Part shown: piece after piece, positions 35,861-41,682 of the stretch | How the letters are laid out: each line of letters begins with the position of its first letter | How positions within the stretch are numbered: position 1 is the first letter of the stretch | NCBI GenBank assembly: GCA_001655205.1 | Contig: LPNZ01006180.1 | Location: 1-41,682, forward strand | Source: Lenisia limosa | Lineage: Eukaryota > Protista > Breviatea | Length of the DNA stretch: 41,682 nucleotides | Direction of reading: 5' to 3' | The notes under the pieces: model-generated | What the model saw: the letters and a program-made list of their open reading frames with translations, nothing else | Database searches by the model: none | What the model was told of the DNA's origin: nothing | Translations under genes and position numbers: made by a program

Positions 35861-36666
35861 ATGCTTGCTATTCAGAAACCCGCACCCGAGTTTGAAGGCA
35901 CCGCCGTCATGCCTAATGGCGAGTTCAAGACCATCAAGCTCTCTGACTACAAGGGCAAGTACGTCTGCCTCTTCTTCTATCCCGCTGACTTCACGTAAGT
36001 GGAAAATTGATTGAAACAAAACCTTTCTTTTGGTTTCCTTATATTACCTAGTCCTTGAAATCATTTTTTCAGTTTCGTTTGCCCCACTGAGATCATCAAG
36101 TTCTCTGAGATGGCCAAGAACTTCCGTGAAATCGGCTGCGAGGTTCGTGGCAGAAATACTGCTTTTGAAATACCGCGCCTTGATGACGAATCCCGTTACT
36201 ATTTTAGGTTATCGGTGTTTCTACTGACACTGAATTCGTTCACCTTGCCTGGACTGAGGTTCCCCGCAAGCAAGGAGGTCTTGGTAAAATGGACATTCCT
36301 CTTCTTGCTGACCCTGCCCACAAGGCTTCTAAGGCTTACAACGTAAGTGGTGAAATTATATTCACGTGTTGTCAACCCTGGGCATTCTTTCCCTTTAAAA
36401 TTCATAACTCTCTTTAGGTTCTCCTTGAAGATGGTGGAGTTGCTCTCCGCGGTATGTTCATCATTGATGGTGAGGGTATCCTTCGTCAAATGACCGTCAA
36501 CGATCTCCCTGTTGGCCGCAACGTTGATGAGGCCCTCCGTCTTGTCAAGGCTTTTCAGTTCACCGACGTCCATGGCGAAGTTTGCCCCGCCGGATGGAAC
36601 CCCGGAAGCGACACCATGAAGCCTGACCCCAAGGGCTCCAAGGAGTACTTCAATAAGGCCAACTAA
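35861..36666 (+). CDS. PRDX1: Typical 2-Cys peroxiredoxin (Prx1/AhpC-TSA), 4 exons
   Basis: Exons 35861-35994, 36073-36142, 36208-36342 and 36418-36666 give [16 protein letters not shown]...[14 protein letters not shown]...GGLG...LRGMFIID...[34 protein letters not shown]...KEYF. Peroxidatic and resolving cysteines and the GGLG and YF motifs are all present. Confidence 0.98.
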
Positions 36667-37295
36667 ATGTTCCTCTTTCTTTAAGTTATTTTATCATGTT
36701 TCATTTATCTGTTTCCTTTTCATAATCGCTATATTATGTTATATTAATATACGATGTTTTCCTATTAATTCTGGCTTCTGTTAGTTTTTTTCTAGTTACC
36801 ATTACAAAGTGGGGCATATTGGAGTGGGAGAGGAAAAGTGCATATAAGAAAATCAAAGAAACAGTTACCATAATCACAATTTTAACTAATCACTACTATC
36901 ATAACCTTCATCATTCACCCATTCCTCTCTGAGCGACAAAGAATCCATCGCGCTGGTGAGGTTTGCCTAGTTCATCAAAAAAAATATTTTTATTATACAG
37001 TTAGACTGTATGAATTTAATAAGAAAAGAAAAAGGGAGAGAACAGCTTTTTATCTATGACTCCCTCGCAGAGGCGTATTTCTATCGACAAAATTGTACGT
37101 AATATTTCCTAACCCAACTCAAGCAGAAAGTTATTTTTGTACACTTCTTCAAATGCTTTTCATCTTAAAACAAAGTGAAGGTGAAAATTGAAGAACGAGT
37201 CAAAATGATAAACGAAGGTGACACAAGGGTTCATCCCGAGTGTACCAAAGTATCATTGAGACTTGTCATGGGTACGAGGTATGAAAAATGGTACT

Positions 37296-39931
37296 TCATA
37301 CCTGTGAAAATGACCCAAAAAGTGATATCTCTTTCGTTTTGTTTACTAAGAAATGGTGATAAACTACAATTTTATTTCCTTTTCAACTGTTTAATCGCAA
37401 AAATAACGACTCACAGTCGTATCAAAGCGAGCAGGCTGAAGCAGTACCCATCACCACGTACGGGATGCCAAAAAACATAATAATCACCCAAGCATACAAA
37501 TTGGTGATAGTCCGCCTTGTCCTCGGGTATGTTGTTCAGCCAACGGTCTTCACCATCATCAGAGCTCAAGTCTAGAAAGTAATGCAGAGGTATGATGAAT
37601 AAGAAATAACAAAATACCAACATGTGGGTGAAGCCATCAAAGCCGAATTGGCATAATCAGACATTTTAAAAAGGAAAATGCTCAAAGTAAGGCAAATGAT
37701 TGGGTGAATTAATATTATACAATAACACAACAGCGTATGGTGTAGATGGCTTCGGCCAGGTACTACTACCTTGTTTTATTTCTCATCTCTATTTTTTCAA
37801 TAGTATATATAGCTATAGCTGTATATATCATATATATATATCATATGCATATACACTGTATATACCGTGACCAGGATTAAGTATTGACATATTTTCCTTG
37901 GGAAATCACATTGCAAATCGGCTAAGACTTATCCCGGTCACTGTATATGAGGCCATGTCTATGTACAAAATGTAATGATTTTGGTATTTTAGATAAAATA
38001 CTGCTTACCATCTCCAGACATCATAATCGCTTCTTCCTCGGGGTAATCATTAGTGTAGTAGTTTTCATCTGATGATCAGAGTAATATTCAAATATAGTTT
38101 TACAAGATAAACCACAAGGGCATGGGAAGCCTTATCTCCTCACCATTAGAGTCTTCGTCCTCGTCATCATAGCCGCTATCTGACTCATCCCCATGATTGG
38201 TATCGCGAAATAGCCAATCGTTCTCCGAAAGGAATGAAGAATCCACACTACACAATAATATCCTCAAGGAGGAGTCAGAATAAACTTTTTCCAAGCCCAC
38301 ATACATCAAACTCTCGCTGAAAGTGGCATCAGTATTGAGGTTTTCGAGAACGAAATAGTCATAAACGTATTTTGACTGAAAATTGTCATGAGAGTAACAT
38401 GAGAACAAACCTTGGTTAGTGTTCTTTTCCTTGAAACTTCTTCATCATCATCTGATGCTTCACGAAGCCATGCTTGTATTTCATTCCTCAAGAACTCCTC
38501 TTGATTGCTCTCACTACATAAAAAATTAATGACACTGGACGTTGTTACTCACTCTGCTGGTTCCGGCTTCATATTCTTTTGTTCCACATCCACGATATCG
38601 CACCACGAGAGGAGGCTTGAGTTTGGTCTAAAGGATCAAATACACGTTTTAACTACTTCCTCACCCTTTTCAACGTGTGTACATGTAAATGAATGTGACA
38701 GACGACAAACTCCCCTAAATCCTATTTTATCGATTGATTTTTGAAAAATATTGTGTCACAAATTAATATAATAGATTTGTAAAAAAACTTTTTCTAAAAA
38801 CCTACCGTATTTTTTTTAGGCAAAGTATTGGAACGTGTAAATTTCCCAACTCAAGTGTTTTCCATTCGAATTCACCCTCGTTTTTTAATCTACGTGGTTG
38901 TCTTCCTTTTGTTACTCGGTGTTTTCTGTTGAGGAAAACCCTCGTTCGCTTCGCAAACTCGTAAAAAATACATCCAGGAATAAAACTCGGGGTTATACTA
39001 TACTATATATCGATATGTGATATACCTATTTAATAATTTAATAACCTATTGGTAAACTGGAATGATCTTGCTATGGCAATACATGAAAACTCCACCAACT
39101 TAACAAGATCTTCAGTGGGATTGAAATGTGTTCGTTTTGCCTCTTGTGATGGGTAGCTGGCTTCTGCTTGGCGGAGGCGTTTTAACTGGGGAGGGTTGGA
39201 AATATCTCTAAAAGCCAGAAACAATTTTACAAGGCTCTCGTATAAGTTCAAACTCCTCATCAAATCTCAGAGAATTTGAAAGAAGGCAATATTGAATAAC
39301 GTGCAGAAGCATAAACAAACGTGATTATTTTACAGTTTGCTTTAACAACACAACGGGAGCATGAAAATTACCTAATTTAAAACAATAGCATACCTGTGGT
39401 CTCTTCAGTGTCTCACCCATCAGTCTCTGAAAAGTTATAGGTTGGGATTCAAAAAAACGACATATAAGTGCTCATCCAAGAGTCGATTAAATTCAAGCGT
39501 CAACCTTACGTCATGATTCACAATATATCAGCAAGGCAATTCCTCGTACCCGAATATTCTGAGATTCAAGGTCAGAAGGTGTACTGGACGCAATGGTGGA
39601 TATCAAGGTTGCCACACGCCGCTCTAAACATATTAGCTATAATTGCTGACAAACCTTTATTTTGTCGGTCTCTCGCATCTCTTTCAAGAACTAAACTGTG
39701 TTATCTGCTTGGATAAAAGCTAAACCAACTGAAAAGCTCAACACGTGACTCTTCGCGTGGTCTCTTGACTCGAACAATTACATTCTTGTTGTTGTCATTC
39801 TAAGGAATTGTCAGCATATGATCCCAAATGCTACTTTCCCCCTCCATCCTCTGCCCCTCTTTACTAACCTCAATCGTTGCTGAGAAAGATTCGGGTGGCG
39901 AGTCAATAAGGGGGGGTAAATCTTCATCCAT
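37296..39931 (-). CDS. IWR1: IWR1/SLC7A6OS-family RNA polymerase II nuclear import factor
   Basis: N-terminal VIVRVKRPREES (basic RVKR motif), central KYVYDYF, and spliced acidic DDEDEDSNDENYYTNDYPEEE (38030-38160), matching the Iwr1 signature DEDSNxExxxxNDYPDEE. C-terminal exons are approximate. Confidence 0.82.
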
Positions 39932-40371
39932 TGTAGTACTTGTGTGTTTTTCTCTTCTTTTCCTGTCTTTCTTCTCACTTCCTTCCTCACTTCTTCACAA
40001 CAACAAAAACATATTATTACAACAGAACAAGAAGAGATTTTAGTTAGTAGTTTTGGAATTTTGAACATATAGCTATTTTTCATGGGGGCTCGCTAAATTG
40101 AACATGCTTACCCATTTTCTCTTGTCCCCATGATTTTCCCCTCTTTACACCCCCCTCCCCCTCATCGTCAGCATACTTGTGTAATACTATAATTAATAAT
40201 TTAGCAACGAGGAAGAGTAGCCTGAACATCATTTAGAAGAAGCGCTACAAATACCCAGATCCAGTTAACCTTGGCAAGGCTACCAAGCGGTTAGAACAAT
40301 GTGACACAATCCTCAGCTTTCCTGAAATGTAAAACATCACCATTGGTCCACAAGATATCCCAGTTCGAGCA

Positions 40372-41682
40372 ATGAACGGGATCACACGCAAGCATGTCAA
40401 GTACATTCAGATGGAGATTACGACGGGGCCCAACACCCCGCGATTCCTTGCCTCACTCCACCGAAGCCTTCAAAAACGGGGTTGTTTACAGAGTTTGTGG
40501 CGTTTGCCTATTTTTTTTTTTTTTTTTNNNNNNNNNNNNNNNNNNNNNNNNNNNNNNNNNNNNNNNNNNNNNNNNNNNNNNNNNNNNNNNNNNNNNNNNN
40601 NNNNNNNNNNNNNNNNNNNATACTCTGATGGGGGGTAAAATGGAGAAATGGGCGGTGATGAAGAAATACTCGGTATGATTTACTCTTTTGCTTATTTTTT
40701 TTTTTTGATATTTCTAGAGAGAAGAGGACTTTTCTGTTGAAGCTTTCACTCGGCGCTTCAGTCTCGATGTGGGTTTTACAAGGGCAGTAGAAGAATGGTG
40801 GAGGTGACTAGCTCACACCCTTTTCTTTCTGTATTTCTGACAAAAACAGCTGCCTCAAGTTCGTAGTGGTCTTTCGGAGTCACAACATTCAGTGACAATG
40901 GAGACCTTCTTTTCATTTGTATGTCTTTCTTTCATCTGGCTGTGTTTCCTTTATTTTTTGTGCCGTTTTCTCTTCAGATGTTGTATTTGGGCCTTATTTT
41001 ATTTTTTTTTATTATTATTTTTTTTATTATTATTTTTTTTTCATCCTCTTTTCTATTTTATAGGTGTGTTTAAACAATTGGTATAAAAAAAAGGGGGGGA
41101 GGGTGAATCCGGAATTGTACATTTCATATAGTTTATGTTTCCTATTTCTTCTGATTTACTTATACTTAGACCGAAAAGTTGACCAATGTTTGGCGGGAGG
41201 GCATGATGGCTTTACGCGACGAAGAAGTAGGCTAATAGTTGAGAAGAGATTCAGGCAATTTTTACAAAGGCGTGGATGATATTGTAGGCGCAGCTTCGAG
41301 AGCATGTGTCAGTCCTCTGCCATTCTTTTGCTTTTGATGGATATCTCAGATATCAGGAACTGGTATTTTTAAGGGTATGCTCGGCCAAAGCATCACAATA
41401 CCAACAAGTGTTCTCATATATTTTATCTTTTTCTTCTTCCACAGGGCTTGTCCATTGAAGAAGCTCGTTTTTGTGAGGAATTGCTAACAGCAACGGAAAA
41501 CTCGATCAATCAGGCAAAGAAGCCCGCTCGCGGAAAGTTCACTGACGTTTGTACCACATGCTGCTTGCTTCTCGTAACCTTTCAAGAGTGAACTTGTCAT
41601 TCTCCACAACTGGATTCGGGAGCACAATGACCATCCATATCCCACTGAACATGAAAAATTGGAACTATGCCAACAGGTTGGT
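40372..41682 (+). CDS. TALE-superclass homeodomain protein, 3' end outside the window
   Basis: Exons near 41445, 41513 and 41587-41676 splice to GLSIEEARFAKKPARGKFTDSELVILHNWIREHNDHPYPTEHEKLELCQQ, i.e. homeodomain helices 1-2 with the TALE HPYP loop. Upstream helical exons read TEKLTNVWREGMMALRDEEAIFTKAWMILYQELVFLR. The start codon and first exons are uncertain because of a gap at 40528-40619. Confidence 0.85.

Noticed and set aside
440-41279. Most entries of the supplied six-frame ORF track as stand-alone genes
   Set aside because: They are exon fragments read through introns, antisense shadows, or ORFs padded by N gaps.
1-41682. tRNA, rRNA or snRNA genes
   Set aside because: No cloverleaf, A/B-box pair or conserved rRNA/snRNA sequence was recognised by eye. 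tRNAscan-SE or Infernal would be needed to exclude them.

Overview
Intron-rich, gene-dense eukaryotic DNA from a short-read assembly with several N gaps; probably a unicellular eukaryote, but the lineage cannot be assigned from this window. Splicing by eye with GT-AG introns gives eight protein-coding genes: UVRAG/Vps38-like (+, 5' partial); a ~12 kb minus-strand gene whose C-terminal part is a STRA6/RBPR2-family membrane domain preceded by a very long beta-rich region; an uncharacterised minus-strand protein with a LamG/ConA-like motif and C-terminal EF-hand-like helices; a Dispatched-like RND/SSD transporter (+); a type I receptor with TSP1, Sushi, Cys-rich and IPT/TIG ectodomains and a cytoplasmic SH3 domain (-); a typical 2-Cys peroxiredoxin (+); IWR1/SLC7A6OS (-); and a TALE-class homeobox gene (+, 3' partial). 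Non-coding features include a MITE-like element inside a STRA6-like intron, a 38-bp motif shared by introns of two genes, tandem duplications at splice junctions, and an exon flanked by complementary G-rich/C-rich repeats. The most novel candidates are the giant STRA6-like protein and the TSP1-Sushi-IPT-TM-SH3 receptor. All family calls come from motif recognition, not database searches, and long-gene boundaries are approximate.
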